NCBI GenBank assembly: GCA_963796825.1
Contig: CAWCNE010000002.1
Location: 532,869-596,868 of the forward strand
Length of the DNA stretch: 64,000 nt
Direction of reading: 5' to 3'
DNA from: an uncultured Actinomycetota bacterium
GTDB lineage: Bacteria; Actinomycetota; Actinomycetes; Mycobacteriales; Mycobacteriaceae
How positions within the stretch are numbered: position 1 is the stretch's first letter; the number at the start of each line of letters is the position of its first letter. Made by a program: the position numbers and the translations under genes. Under the pieces are notes generated by a model. That model was given only the letters and a program-made list of their open reading frames with translations. It did not search any database and was not told the DNA's origin. Shown here one piece after another: positions 23,333 through 34,900 of this stretch.

Positions 23333-23376
23333 TGTGGCAGATCTCACCGAGGCCTGCGGAAGTGATTCAAATCACA
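23333..23376. promoter_or_regulatory. Two tandem CRP-like sites in the divergent sucC/M23 peptidase promoter
   Basis: TGTGG-CAGATC-TCACC (23333-23348) and AGTGA-TTCAAA-TCACA (23361-23376) versus consensus TGTGA-N6-TCACA. Confidence 0.7.
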
Positions 23377-23479
23377 ATCCCGGTCGGATTTTTGGCTAAA
23401 CTTGCGATGCCTCGCGCCCGCCGGTTAACGTCTCAGGGTCCAGATAACGTTATGGTTACGGCTCGAAGGACAAGTCACG

Positions 23480-24509
23480 TTGACCCAGCAAATCCCGGCA
23501 CCGGCTCCTGTGCAAGGAGACCTTTCGGCGTCGCGCGAGCGCAGGTCAACCATTCACCGCAACGAAGTCACCGACATCATTCCGTTCAACGAATTCGGCA
23601 AACTCGGCCGACTCGGACTTCAGCGAAAACTCCGCTTTCGCCAAAGAAGCGCAGGTCCTTCGCGCCCCCGAACTCGACGACCTCGACGACACCGACAACC
23701 TCGCCGTCTTCGACCTCGCCGGCCCCAGCGCATCCGAGCGTCGCCTCGAGCCCGCTCGAGCGCGGCACCAACCGGGCTCGCAACGACGCCGAATCGCTCG
23801 CCGGTCGCGGGCAGCACCGCAAACAGCTCACCGGACCCACTCGCGGCCGGGTTCTGATCGGCTCGATGGCCGCCGGTGCCGCCGCAGCCGCCGCGCACTC
23901 CGCCACCGAGGCCCCCGAACACTCCAAGGCGCAGACGGTTCTGGCCGCCCAGTCCGCCGCCGACCGGGCCGATCAGCACCTCCGACAGCGGCATGCAGAT
24001 GGTCACCGTGCAACCGGCCGCCAATGTCGCCGTGCACAACGCCGAGTTGGCCCATGGCGTCGCGTTCGCTCAGGAGCGCGCCGCAGCGCGAGGCCCGACT
24101 GCAGCAGCCGCTGTTCGTGATGCCGATCAAGGGCATCTTCACCTCCGGGTTCGGCTACCGGTGGGGCGTGCTGCACGCCGGCATCGACCTCGCCAACTCG
24201 ATCGGCACCCCGATCCACGCCGTCTCCGACGGCGTCGTCATCGCCGCCGGCCCGACCGCGGGCTACGGCATGTGGGTCAAGCTCCGCCACGCCGACGGAA
24301 CCGTCACGCTCTACGGGCACGTCAACACCACCATGGTCAGCGTCGGCGAGCGGGTGATGGCCGGCGACCAGATCGCCACCATCGGCAACCGCGGCAACTC
24401 CACCGGCCCGCACCTGCACTTCGAAGTGCTGCTGGGCGGTAGCCAGCGGGTCGACCCCGTGCCGTGGCTGGCGAAGCGCGGCCTGTCCGTCGGTACCTTC
24501 GCCGGTTGA
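23480..24509 (+). CDS. M23 family peptidoglycan metalloendopeptidase, Rv0950c-like; several frameshifts
   Basis: HRNEVTDIIP, GQHRKQ, HAGID (HxxxD) and STGPHLHFEV (HxH) zinc motifs. Confidence 0.88.
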
Positions 24510-24513
24510 GCCG

Positions 24514-25074
24514 TTGACCGACCCGAGCAATCCCAGCCCGGCCGCCCGTCCACCCAACCCTGAAACACGCATCATTCGGCGCGCGCCGACCGGTCCGCTG
24601 CCGCAGGCCGTCGACGACGCCCGCACGACGCACATCCCGCGCCCACCCGCCCCGCCGCAACAGCAGTTCGCGCCGGCCGCCCCCGCGCACGCTCCTTTCG
24701 GTGAGCCCAGCCGGACGACCGCGGTAGCCGCGGCGGCCGTCAGCATCATCAGCGGCTGGGCCACCTCGGTGGTGGCGACCGACCTGATCGCCGGCTGGTG
24801 GCACTCCGACCGGCTGTTCTGCGTCGCGGTGGCGTTCCTGGCGCTGGTCTTCGCGCTGTCCACGATCTCCGGGGTGATCCTGCTACTGCTGCGCCAACCG
24901 CTGAGCCGCTACCTGATCGTCGCCGGCGCCGTGGTTGCGATCCTGACCTATCTCGGCGTGTTCATCGCCGGTGCGCGGGTGGCCTGGATCGTGCACACGC
25001 TGCCGATACTGCCGATCGCCAGCGCTGTGCTGACGCTGCTGCCCCGCACCCGCGACTGGCTGCTGGAGGACTAG
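24514..25074 (+). CDS. Hypothetical membrane protein
   Basis: Pro-rich N-terminus followed by four hydrophobic helices. Confidence 0.65.
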   Translation: MTDPSNPSPAARPPNPETRIIRRAPTGPLPQAVDDARTTHIPRPPAPPQQQFAPAAPAHAPFGEPSRTTAVAAAAVSIISGWATSVVATDLIAGWWHSDRLFCVAVAFLALVFALSTISGVILLLLRQPLSRYLIVAGAVVAILTYLGVFIAGARVAWIVHTLPILPIASAVLTLLPRTRDWLLED

Positions 25075-25226
25075 GAGACTGCTGAATTAATCCCATCGGT
25101 GGGCGCAGGGTCGATGTGATGATCAGCGTGAGTTGCTGGATAACAGCATATTTGCGCTCCGAGGAGAGGTCACACCCGCCCCAGCAGCCCCCTGAGCTGA
25201 CCGTAGGGTGAATGTGGAATTGGGAC

Positions 25227-25263
25227 CATATGCGATATCACCACCCCGCTGATATCGCATATG
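25227..25263. repeat. Perfect 14-bp inverted repeat with 9-nt spacer
   Basis: CATATGCGATATCA-ccaccccgc-TGATATCGCATATG between convergent genes. Confidence 0.8.
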
Positions 25264-25346
25264 AGTCGTTTTCCAAAAATGGATCACCCCAAGGTCTCGG
25301 TGCCGGTGGGGCCAATGTGGCTCGGCGGGCCTAACCCGTTAGAGAG

Positions 25347-27681
25347 CTAGAGCTTCGCCACCGGGGCGTGGTTGTGCATCAGCTTGACCCGCCCTGAGCT
25401 GCCGAAGTCGATCAGCGACATCGCCGATTCGCCGACGCCGGACACCTCTTCGACTCGGCCGAGGCCGTACTTGTCGTGGGTGACCCGGTCGCCGGGCGCC
25501 AGCACAATCAGCGGGCGCTTGCTGCCTCCGCCGCTGCGGGTCGGCGACGGACGCGGTGTGCCGAAGCGGCCGGCGCCGCTGACCGGCGCGCTGAACGACG
25601 GAGTCGGGTCGGTGCGGCGCCAGTCGATCAGCTCCTGCGGAATCTCGCGCAGGAAACGCGATTCCGGGTTGAGCATCGGCTGCCCCCACGACGAGCGGAC
25701 CTTGGCCCGGCTGAGGAAAAGCCGCTGACGCGCCCGGGTGATCCCGACGTAGGCCAGGCGGCGCTCCTCGGACAGCTCGGTCGGATCGCCCAAAGCCCGC
25801 ATGTGCGGAAACATTCCGTCTTCCCAGCCGGTGACGAACACGACCGGGAATTCCAGCCCCTTGGCGGTATGCAGCGTCATCAGCGTCACCAAACCGGCTG
25901 TCTGCTCAGGGATTTCGTCGGTGTCGGCGACAAGCGACACCCGCTCCAGGAACTGCGCCAGCACACCGGTGTCCGGCACGTCCTCATCCATCGGGGCGTC
26001 GTCAAGCGCGGCAGCGTTGGCCAGGTCGGTGGCGAATTCGTGTGCGACGCTGACGAGTTCGTTGAGGTTGTCCAGCCGGGCCAGGTCTTGTGGGTCGGAC
26101 GACGACTCCAGCTCCGTGCGATATCCGGTGCGCTCGAGCACCGCCTCGATCAGATCGCCGAGGTCACCTTCGGACGAGGCCAGCTTGGTGCGCAGGTCGT
26201 CCATCATCTCGACGAAACCCGCAATCGCCTTGGCCGATCGGGTGTTCAGCAACGGAACCTTGCCTTCGGCGGCGACTTCCAACGCGTCGGCGAAGCTGGA
26301 CCCGGTGTTCTCGGCGTACACCGCGACGCACGCCTCAGCACGATCACCGATGCCGCGCCGCGGCGTGTTGAGGATGCGTCGCAGACTGACCGCATCGCCG
26401 GGGTTGTCGAGCACCCGCAGGTAGGCGACGATGTCGCGAATCTCGCGGCGCTCGTAAAACCGCACTCCTCCAACGACTTTGTAGGGAATACCGGCGCGGA
26501 TGAACACTTCTTCCACCGACCGCGACGAGTTGTTGGTGCGGTAGAAGACGGCCACGTCGTTGTAGGTGAGGTCGCCATTGGCGGCCAGCGCATCGATCTC
26601 CTCGGCGATGAACCGCGCCTCGTCGTGCTCGTTGTCGGCGACGTAGCCGACGATCAGCTCGCCTTCACCGGCGTCGGTCCAGAGCCGCTTGTCGCGGCGG
26701 GCGGGGTTGCGCGAGATCACCGAGTTGGCCGCCGACAGGATGTTCTGGGTGGAGCGGTAGTTCTGCTCGAGCAGGATCGTGGTGGCGTTCGGATAGTCGC
26801 GTTCGAAGTCTTCGATGTTGCGGATCGTGGCGCCGCGGAAGGCATAAATCGACTGGTCGGCGTCACCGACGACGCACAGCTCGCCGGGCGGCACCCCGTC
26901 TTCGCCGGGCTCGAGATCGCGGCCGACCAGCTCGCGGACCAATACGTACTGCGCGTGGTTGGTGTCCTGGTACTCGTCGACCAAGATGTGCCGGAAGCGT
27001 CGACGATAGTGGTCGGCGATCTGCGGAAAGGCCTGCAGCACCGCGACCGTCTCGCCGATCAGGTCGTCGAAGTCCAGCGCGTTGGCCACCCGCAGCCGCT
27101 GCTGGTATTCGGCGTAGACCGCGGCCACGGTGCGGGCCAGGTCGTCGGAAAGATCGTCGTCGGACAGGTTGGCCAGCGCTTGTTGTGGATCGATCAGCTC
27201 GTTCTTGAGGTTGGAGATGGAGTTGGCCAGCAGCCTGCGGCGTGTACCGCTTGATGTCGAGGCCCATGTCCTTGCCGATCATCTGCAGCAGACGGCGCGA
27301 ATCGTCGGCGTCGTAGATCGAGAAGTTGGAGTTGAGGCCGGAGATCAACGACGCCTGGTTGCGCAGAATCCGCACGCAGGTCGAATGGAACGTCGACACC
27401 CACATCGAGCGTGCCCGCGGGCCGACCAGTGCGGCCACCCGTTCCCGCATCTCCGCCGCGGCCTTGTTGGTGAAGGTGATCGCCAGCACCTGACCGGGAC
27501 CGACGTCACGCGCGGCCAACAGGTAGGCGATCCGCCGGGTCAGCACGGCCGTTTTGCCCGAGCCGGCACCGGCGACGATCAGCAGCGGCGAGCCCTCATG
27601 CAGCACCGCCTGACGCTGCTGGGGGTTCAGGCCATCGAGAAGTTGATCGCCTTCGGATTCGGCCACGTGCTGCACACTCAT
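25347..27681 (-). CDS. uvrD1: ATP-dependent DNA helicase UvrD1/PcrA; frameshift near 27235
   Basis: AGAGSGKT, ITFTNKAA, LVDEYQDTN, VGDADQSIY, LEQNYRS, TLHTAKGLEF, EERRLAYVGITRA. Confidence 0.95.
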
Positions 27682-27690
27682 ATCCCGTCA

Positions 27691-27712
27691 AACCTACCGC
27701 CGATCGGCGACA
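27691..27712 (-). promoter_or_regulatory. RecA-NDp/PafBC-type DNA-damage promoter of uvrD1
   Basis: Minus strand TGTCGC-N10-TAGGTT versus consensus TGTCGG-N10-TANNNT, 9 nt before the ATG. Confidence 0.7.
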
Positions 27713-27751
27713 CCTTTGCGCCGGAACGCCTGCAAGTGGCACACTCATTTC

Positions 27752-27811
27752 GTGCTCAATGCGCAGTGGCGATTTTTCTACGGGTACCGGCCGACGGTGC
27801 CCGTGGTGTAG
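27752..27811 (+). CDS. Putative leaderless leader peptide MLNAQWRFFYGYRPTVPVV
   Basis: GTG 6 nt after an extended -10 (TGG-CACACT, 27737-27745); W-R-F-F-Y-G-Y cluster; directly upstream of chorismate mutase. Confidence 0.65.
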   Translation: MLNAQWRFFYGYRPTVPVV

Positions 27812-27821
27812 CTGCTTCCCA

Positions 27822-27861
27822 GAGCCCCGCGGTCCACTTCCGGATCCGGGGCTCGTCTCTT
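27822..27861 (+). terminator. Putative attenuator terminator hairpin
   Basis: GAGCCCCG (27822-29)/CGGGGCTC (27847-54) with inner GGTCC/GGATC stem, then a weak tail GTCTCTT. Confidence 0.55.
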
Positions 27862-27880
27862 GTGTGAGGCCCGAAACCGG

Positions 27881-28192
27881 ATGACACCACCGCAACAACC
27901 TCCACACAACGAGATTCCGGAGTCTGAAATGACAATCGAAACAGAACAACTCATCAACATCGACGAACTGCGGCTGGAAATCGACCGCCTCGACGCCGAG
28001 ATCCTGGCCGCGGTCAAACGTCGCGCCGAGGTCTCCCGCGAGATCGGCAAAGCGCGGATGGCCTCCGGCGGCACCCGACTGGTGCACAGCCGCGAGATGC
28101 AGGTCATCGAGCGTTACAGCGAACTCGGGCCCGAGGGCAAGGACCTGGCCATGCTGCTGCTCAGGCTGGGCCGCGGCCGGCTCGGTCACTGA
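27881..28192 (+). CDS. Intracellular chorismate mutase (AroQ-delta), Rv0948c-like; alternative start 27929
   Basis: IDELRLEIDRLDAEILAAVKRRAEVS...GGTRLVHSRE...LLRLGRGRLGH. Confidence 0.92.
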   Translation: MTPPQQPPHNEIPESEMTIETEQLINIDELRLEIDRLDAEILAAVKRRAEVSREIGKARMASGGTRLVHSREMQVIERYSELGPEGKDLAMLLLRLGRGRLGH

Positions 28193-28272
28193 GCAAGCCG
28201 GTTCGCCACCCGTTCACCGTGCCTTCAGCGTCGGCCGCGACGCGCCACGGTCGACCTGACTAGGGTCGAGGG

Positions 28273-29937
28273 ATGACTGCGGTTGAACAGATTCCCGACA
28301 TCTCAGCGACCCCGGCATGGAGTGCGCTGCAACAACACCACCGGCAGATCGGTGAGACCCATCTGCGTCAGTTCTTCGATGAGGATCCGGACCGCGGCCG
28401 CGAGTTCAACGTCACCGTCGGCGACCTGTACATCGACTACAGCAAACACCGCATCAACCGCGACACCCTGAAACTGCTGATCGATCTGGCGCACGCCGCC
28501 GAACTCGAGCGGCACCGCGACGCGATGTTCGACGGGACGCACATCAACGTCTCGGAGGACCGCGCCGTGCTGCACACCGCGCTGCGGCTGCCGCGCGACG
28601 CCACCCTGACCGTCGACGGGCAGAACGTGGTCGCCGATGTCCACGAAGTGCTGGACGCGATGGGCGATTTCACCGACCGGCTGCGCAGCGGCGAGTGGAC
28701 CGGCGCCACCGGAAAACGGATCAGCACCGTCGTCAACATCGGCATCGGCGGCTCGGACCTCGGCCCGGTGATGGTTTACCAGGCGCTGCGGCACTACGCC
28801 GACGCCGGCATCTCCGCGCGTTTCGTCTCCAACGTCGATCCCGCCGACCTGATCGCGAAGCTGGCCGACTTAGACCCGGCCACAACGCTTTTCATCATCG
28901 CATCCAAGACCTTCACGACGCTGGAGACGCTGACCAACGCCACCGCCGCGCGGCGCTGGCTGACCGACGCGCTCGGCGACGACGCGGTGGCCAAGCATTT
29001 CGTGGCCGTCTCGACCAACAAGAAACTGGTCGACGAGTTCGGCATCGACACCGACAACATGTTCGGATTCTGGGACTGGGTCGGCGGACGCTATTCGGTC
29101 GACTCGGCGATCGGGCTGTCGGTGATGGCCGCGATCGGCCGCGAGGCGTTCGCCGACTTCCTGTCCGGATTCCACCTCGTCGACGAGCATTTCCGGACCG
29201 CGCCGCTGGAGTCGAACGCGCCGGCGCTGCTCGGCCTGATCGGGCTGTGGTACTCGGATTTCTTCGGCGCGCAGTCGCGTGCGGTGTTGCCGTACTCCAA
29301 CGACATGGCCCGCTTCGCCGCGTATCTGCAGCAGCTGACGATGGAATCCAACGGCAAGTCGACGCGCGCCGACGGCACCCCGGTCACCACCGACACCGGT
29401 GAAATCTATTGGGGCGAACCGGGAACCAACGGCCAGCACGCGTTCTACCAACTGCTGCACCAGGGCACCCGGCTGGTGCCGGCCGACTTCATCGGCTTCA
29501 GCCAGCCCACCGACGACCTGCCCACGGCCGACGGCACCGGCAGCATGCACGACCTGCTGATGAGCAACTTCTTCGCCCAGACGCAGGTGCTGGCGTTCGG
29601 CAAGACCGCCGAGGAGATCGCCGCCGAGGGCACGGACGCAGACGTGGTGCCGCACAAGGTGATGCCGGGCAACCGCCCGACTACATCTATCCTGGCGAAC
29701 CGCCTCACGCCGTCGGTACTGGGCCAGTTGATCGCACTCTACGAGCATCAGGTGTTCACCGAGGGCGTCATCTGGGGCATCGACTCGTTCGACCAATGGG
29801 GCGTCGAGTTGGGCAAGACACAGGCCAAGGCGCTGCTGCCGGTGCTCACCGAAGACGCTTCTCCGGCCGAGCAATCCGACAGCTCGACCGATGCGCTGGT
29901 CCGCCGCTATCGCAGCGAGAGAGGTCGGGCGGACTAA
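28273..29937 (+). CDS. pgi: Glucose-6-phosphate isomerase
   Basis: [50 protein letters not shown]; intact. Confidence 0.97.
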   Translation: MTAVEQIPDISATPAWSALQQHHRQIGETHLRQFFDEDPDRGREFNVTVGDLYIDYSKHRINRDTLKLLIDLAHAAELERHRDAMFDGTHINVSEDRAVLHTALRLPRDATLTVDGQNVVADVHEVLDAMGDFTDRLRSGEWTGATGKRISTVVNIGIGGSDLGPVMVYQALRHYADAGISARFVSNVDPADLIAKLADLDPATTLFIIASKTFTTLETLTNATAARRWLTDALGDDAVAKHFVAVSTNKKLVDEFGIDTDNMFGFWDWVGGRYSVDSAIGLSVMAAIGREAFADFLSGFHLVDEHFRTAPLESNAPALLGLIGLWYSDFFGAQSRAVLPYSNDMARFAAYLQQLTMESNGKSTRADGTPVTTDTGEIYWGEPGTNGQHAFYQLLHQGTRLVPADFIGFSQPTDDLPTADGTGSMHDLLMSNFFAQTQVLAFGKTAEEIAAEGTDADVVPHKVMPGNRPTTSILANRLTPSVLGQLIALYEHQVFTEGVIWGIDSFDQWGVELGKTQAKALLPVLTEDASPAEQSDSSTDALVRRYRSERGRAD

Positions 29938-30685
29938 GCGAACCGCTTGGCCAACGACAGCGGCATCACGCCGCAGCAGTTGCACCATCGGCCCCCACGG
30001 CCACCACGGAACGGCGGCACGGCCCGGTTCGCGCTCGATCGCGGCGACGAGCGACTTGACGCCAGTTGCGTTGTCCACCATGAACATTGTGCTCTGCGAT
30101 TTGGCCGTCATCTCCGACTCGATGTAGCCGGGTTCCATCACCGACACCTTGATCGGGCCGTTGGCGTATTCGGCGCGCAGCGATTCGCCCAGTGAACTCA
30201 GGCCGGCTTTGCTTGCGGCGTAGGCCGCTTTCACACCGGGCACGCCCTTCGATCCGAGCACCGAGGAGATCAGCACCAGGTGCCCGGATCCCTGCTCCTT
30301 GAACATCTCCAGTGCGGTTTCGATTTGCACCAGGGCAGCCACCAGGTTGGTTTCGATGGTCGCCTTGTTGGCCCACAATTTGCCCGGAGCCCAATTTCGC
30401 GCCCTTGCCGATGCCGGCGTTGACGATCACGCGGTCGATGCCACCCAGTGCGTCGGACAACTCCGCGAACACCTTCGGCACTTGGTCGTGGTCGTTGACG
30501 TCCAGCGCAGCAATCGCGACTTTGACGTCCGGATAGCGTTGCGCAAGTTCGGTTCTCAGCTCTTCGAGCCGTTCGGTACGACGGGCGCACAGCGCGAGGT
30601 CGCGGCCCTTGGCGGCGAACGCGCGGGCCATGCCGGCGCCCAGGCCGGAACTGGCTCCGGTGATCAGGATTCTCTGTCGAGTCAT
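29934..30685 (-). CDS. SDR oxidoreductase, Rv0945-like; frameshifts near 30380 and 29970
   Basis: [20 protein letters not shown]. Confidence 0.87.
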
Positions 30686-30689
30686 CCGA

Positions 30690-31554
30690 CTATTTCAGCA
30701 GACGCGACATTCGCCGGTCGGCCAGCACCTTGCCGCCGGTCTGACAGGTCGGGCAGTACTGAAACGACTTGTCGGCGAACGACACTTCGCGAACGGTGTC
30801 ACCGCAGACCGGGCACGGCAAGCCGGTGCGGGCGTGTACCCGCATGCCGGAACGCTTTTCGCCCTTCAGCGTGGCGGCCTGCTGGCCCACCGACCGCGAC
30901 ACCGCGTCGGAGAGCACCGACACCATCGCGTCGTGCAGCGCGGCGAGTTGTGCCTCGCTGAGTTTCGCGGCGGTGGCGAACGGCGACAGCTTGGCGACGT
31001 GCAGGATCTCGTCGCTGTAGGCGTTGCCGATGCCGGCGATGACTTTCTGGTCGGTGATGACGGATTTGATCCGGCCGGTGTTCTTGGCCAGCAGCTTGGC
31101 CAGGTCGTCGACGGACAGATGGCAGCGCGTCGGGTCCAAGCGCGGCGATGCCGGGGACTTTCTGCGGATCGTCGACGAGCCACACCGCCAGCCGCTTCTG
31201 GGTGCCTGCCTCGGTGAGGTCGAAGCCCGGCGACTCGCCGGGCGGGCCGAGGTGGACACGCAACGCGATCGGGTTCTTGCCGGGTTTGAGCGGCGTGGCG
31301 GACAGCTTGTCCGACCAGCGCAGCCAGCCGGCCCGGGAGAGGTGGGTGATCAGGATCAGCTCGCCGGCCCGCATGCCGAGGTATTTGCCCCAGCGGTCGG
31401 CGCCGGTGACGGTCAGTCCGTGCAGGGCGTTGATCGGCGGGGCGAAGGTCTTGAGCACGGACAGCGCGGCGACGTCGACCCGGCCGACGGTCTTGCCGAC
31501 GGCGTGCTGGCGAAGGTAGTCGGCCAGCGCCTCGACTTCGGGCAGTTCGGGCAT
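30690..31554 (-). CDS. fpg2: Fpg/Nei family DNA glycosylase (Fpg2, Rv0944-like); frameshift near 31125
   Basis: N-terminal PELPEVE, H2TH IAGIGNAYSDEIL, zinc finger CPVC...CPTCQ. Confidence 0.88.
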
Positions 31555-31570
31555 GTATCCAGTGTGCCGG

Positions 31571-31961
31571 TCAGCGCCGCGCGCTGCGTGACGACCAGCG
31601 ACAGCACCCAGCTGACGATCGACAACACGATCGCGGCCTTGATCGCGGTCCACCAGAAGTGGTCGATCGCCAGGCCCCAGTGGGTGGTGTCCGCGGTGAT
31701 CCGCGCGGTGATCCAGAGCATCAGCGCGTTGACGACGATGTGGAACAGGCCCAGCGTGAGGATGTAGAGCGGGATCGACAGGATCTGCACGATCGGCTTG
31801 ATGAAGGCGTTGACCAGGCCGAAGATCACCGCGACGACGAGGATGATGCCGATTCGCTGCAGCCGGTTGTCGCCGCCGACGAAGTACAGCCCGTGGACGA
31901 ATTTGGTGACCAGCCACAGCGCGAAACCGGTGAGCGCCGCGCGGATGACGAAAGCTCGCAT
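31571..31961 (-). CDS. 4-TM phage-holin-family (YvlD/DUF360-like) membrane protein; 3' end inferred across a frameshift
   Basis: IFGLVNAFIKPIVQILSIPLYILTLGLF.IVVNA motif. Confidence 0.78.
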
Positions 31962-31974
31962 GCGGGTGAAGCTA

Positions 31975-34900
31975 CTAGGCCGTGCGTCCCGCCGCGCCGT
32001 CGCCGACTCCGCCGAGACTGCTGCCCCCACCGCCGCCACGGGTGAACCCGCTTTCTGTGCCGGTCAAGCCGCCGTGGCCACCAGCACCGTCGGGATCAGA
32101 CGCCCGGGCCGCCGGTGCCGCCCGTGCCGCCGGCGCCGCCCACCCCGCCGCTGGGTGGAGCGCCCGCGGTGCCCGCGGTGCCGGGGGCACCGCCGCTGCC
32201 GGTGCCGCCGTGGCCACCGTTCGCCCCGTTGCCGCCGCCGGCGTCGCCTGCACCGGCGCCACCATCACCGCCGTCGCCGCCGTTGCCGCCACTGCTGTTG
32301 AGGACACCGAAGCTGCCGTCGCCACCACGGCCGCCGTCGCCACCCACGCCGTTGGCACCCCCGTCGACCCCATGTCCGGCGGCTCCGCCGTCGCCACCGT
32401 TTCCACCAGCACCACCGTTGCCGATATTGGGGACGTAGTTGCTGGTCCCGTTACCGCCCCCGCCGCCGTTACCGCCGGCCCCGCCACGAACGCCGGCAAC
32501 GCCAGCGCCGCCATCACCGCCGGAGCCACCGTTACCACCGTCGCCGGCGCTACCGGTGACAGCGCCCGGACCGCCGACGTTGCCGGTGGCACCCTGTCCG
32601 CCGTCACCGCCCGTTCCACCGAATCCCGCCGTAACACCGGCGGCTCCACCTGCTCCGCCGTTGCCGCCATCGCCCCCGGCGCCGCCGTTACCGCCCGGGA
32701 TGTTGTCCAGCTGGCTACCACCGCCCTGGTCGCCCTGCCCGCCGACTCCGCCGGATCCACCGGTGCCGCCTGACCCGCCGTTACCCGAGTGGATGCCGGC
32801 GTCACCGCCGGCTCCGCCGTTGCCGCCAGCTCCGCCGGCACCACCGTCCGCACCATTGAGGGGCGCGTAGGGCTGGGTGACGCCGCTGCCGCCGTTACCT
32901 GCGACGCCACCGTTACCGCCATTGCCGTCGATGTAACCCGCACCCCCGTGGCCGCCGTCACCGCCGGCCTGACCGGTGCCGTTGAGACCATTGGCGCCGT
33001 TACCGCCGCTGGCGCCGTCCTGGTGGGCAGCCGTGCCGTCGGCGCCGTCGCCGCCACTGCCGGCTCGGTCGATGACCTGGCCGCTATTGCTGGGCGTGGC
33101 GCTTCCGGCATTGCCGGAGGTTCCTTGCACGCCGCCGGTACCGACGGTGCCCGCCGACCCGCCCTGGCCGCCCGCCCCGGCCTGACCGAACTGCCCCGTC
33201 GCGCCGCCATCGCCGCCGGCGCCGTCCTGGCCGCCGGAACCGGCCATGCCGAACTGACCGTCGGCACCATCGCCACCGGCACCGGGCGCACCGGCATCTC
33301 CACCCTGACCGCCGGACCCGCCGTCGCCGGCCGCACCGACGCTTCCGTCGCCCGCTGTCCCGGCGTCGCCGCCCACGCCACCGTGACCGCCGGCACCACC
33401 GGCGCCGCCGTCGCTGCCCTGGCCGCCGGTGCCTTGATCCAGCAAGAGCAGTCCCGCTCTGCCGTCGCCTCCGTTGTAACCGGCACCACCCGCGCCACCC
33501 TGGCCGCCTACACCACCGTTGCCTGGGCCGCCGCCGGTCCCGACCGCAGCACCGTTGCCGCCCTGGCCGCCAGCACCGCCGATGCCGGCGATATAGCCAT
33601 CGCCGCCCTGGCCGCCGGCATGCCCCCGTCCCCGCCATCACCGAGTAGCGGGGAGCTGCCGGCGCCGCCAGCACCGCCAGCACCACCGACGCCACCGAAA
33701 CCGACGGAGCCGCCAAGGTCACCGGCGCCCCCAGCGCCTGCGGCTCCAGCGTCACCGCCGGCACCGCCGTTGGCGCCTGCGCCGGTGACATCGCCGATGT
33801 TGTCGCCGCCTACGCCGCCAGCACCGCCATTACCGGCATCACCGCCGTTGCCGCCGAAGCCCCCGTCGAAGAGATGGCCGGTGGCAACGCCGCCAACACC
33901 TCCGTCTCCACCGTGACCGCCCGCGCCTCCGTCAGTTGGTGACGGGCCCGACACGCCGGCACCACCATCGCCGGCGTTACCGCCAGCGCCACCGAAGCCA
34001 CCACTCAACCCATCCGTACCCGCGCCACCCGCGCCGCCGTTGCCGCCTGCCGCGCCAATCCCGCCGTCGCCAGCGCTGCCGCCGTTGCCGCCTGATCCGC
34101 CATATCCGACGGCCCCGTCGGTGCCTCCGGCGCCGGCGTGGCCGCCCACGCTCGGCAAGCCGCCGGGCCCGCCATCTCCGCCGTTGCCACCGTTTTGGCC
34201 GGTATCGCCGAGGAAGCCCGCACCACCGTTGCCGCCGATACCGCCAGACCCGCCCTGGCCGCCGTTTCCACCATGCACTCCGTCAACGCCGGCACCGCCG
34301 TTCCCGCCGAGGCCGCCGCTGCCCCCGGCCCCGCCGGCACCGCCATCGACGTGTCCGGCGTCGCCGTCGGCACCGTCAAGGCCACGACCGCCGCTTCCGC
34401 CAAAGCCGCCATTGCCGCCGAAGCCGTTGGCTCCGCCGTCGACGCCGTGACCGGCGTCCCCGCCGTCACCGCCGTGGTGGCCACTGGCGCCATCTAGTCC
34501 GGTACCGGTGTCATCGGCAACGGTGCCGGCGCCATTGCCGCCGGTGCCACCGCTCCCCCCGTTGCCGCCGCCGACACCGCCGACACCGGCTCCACCGTCA
34601 CCGCCGGCACCGGCATTCGATCCATCGCCCCCGAATAATCCCGCCGCCCCGTTTCCGCCGTTGCCACCGTTGCCACCGAGACCGTTAGCGCCGCCGTCGA
34701 CGCCGTGCCCGGCGGCTCCGCCGTCGCCGCCGTTACCACCGTCGCCGCCGGTGCCGAGGGTAACCGGCTCTTGCCCGCCGTTGCCTCCCCCGCCGCCGTC
34801 ACCACCGGCGCCGCCGCGAACTCCGTCGACGCCCGCGCCACCGTCACCGCCGGCACCGCCGGTACCGCCGTCACCAGCATCGCCGGTCGGGTTGCCGAGG

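Noticed and set aside
31571..31961. Holin as evidence of a prophage
   Set aside because: This 4-TM family is commonly chromosomal; no integrase, lysin or structural genes nearby
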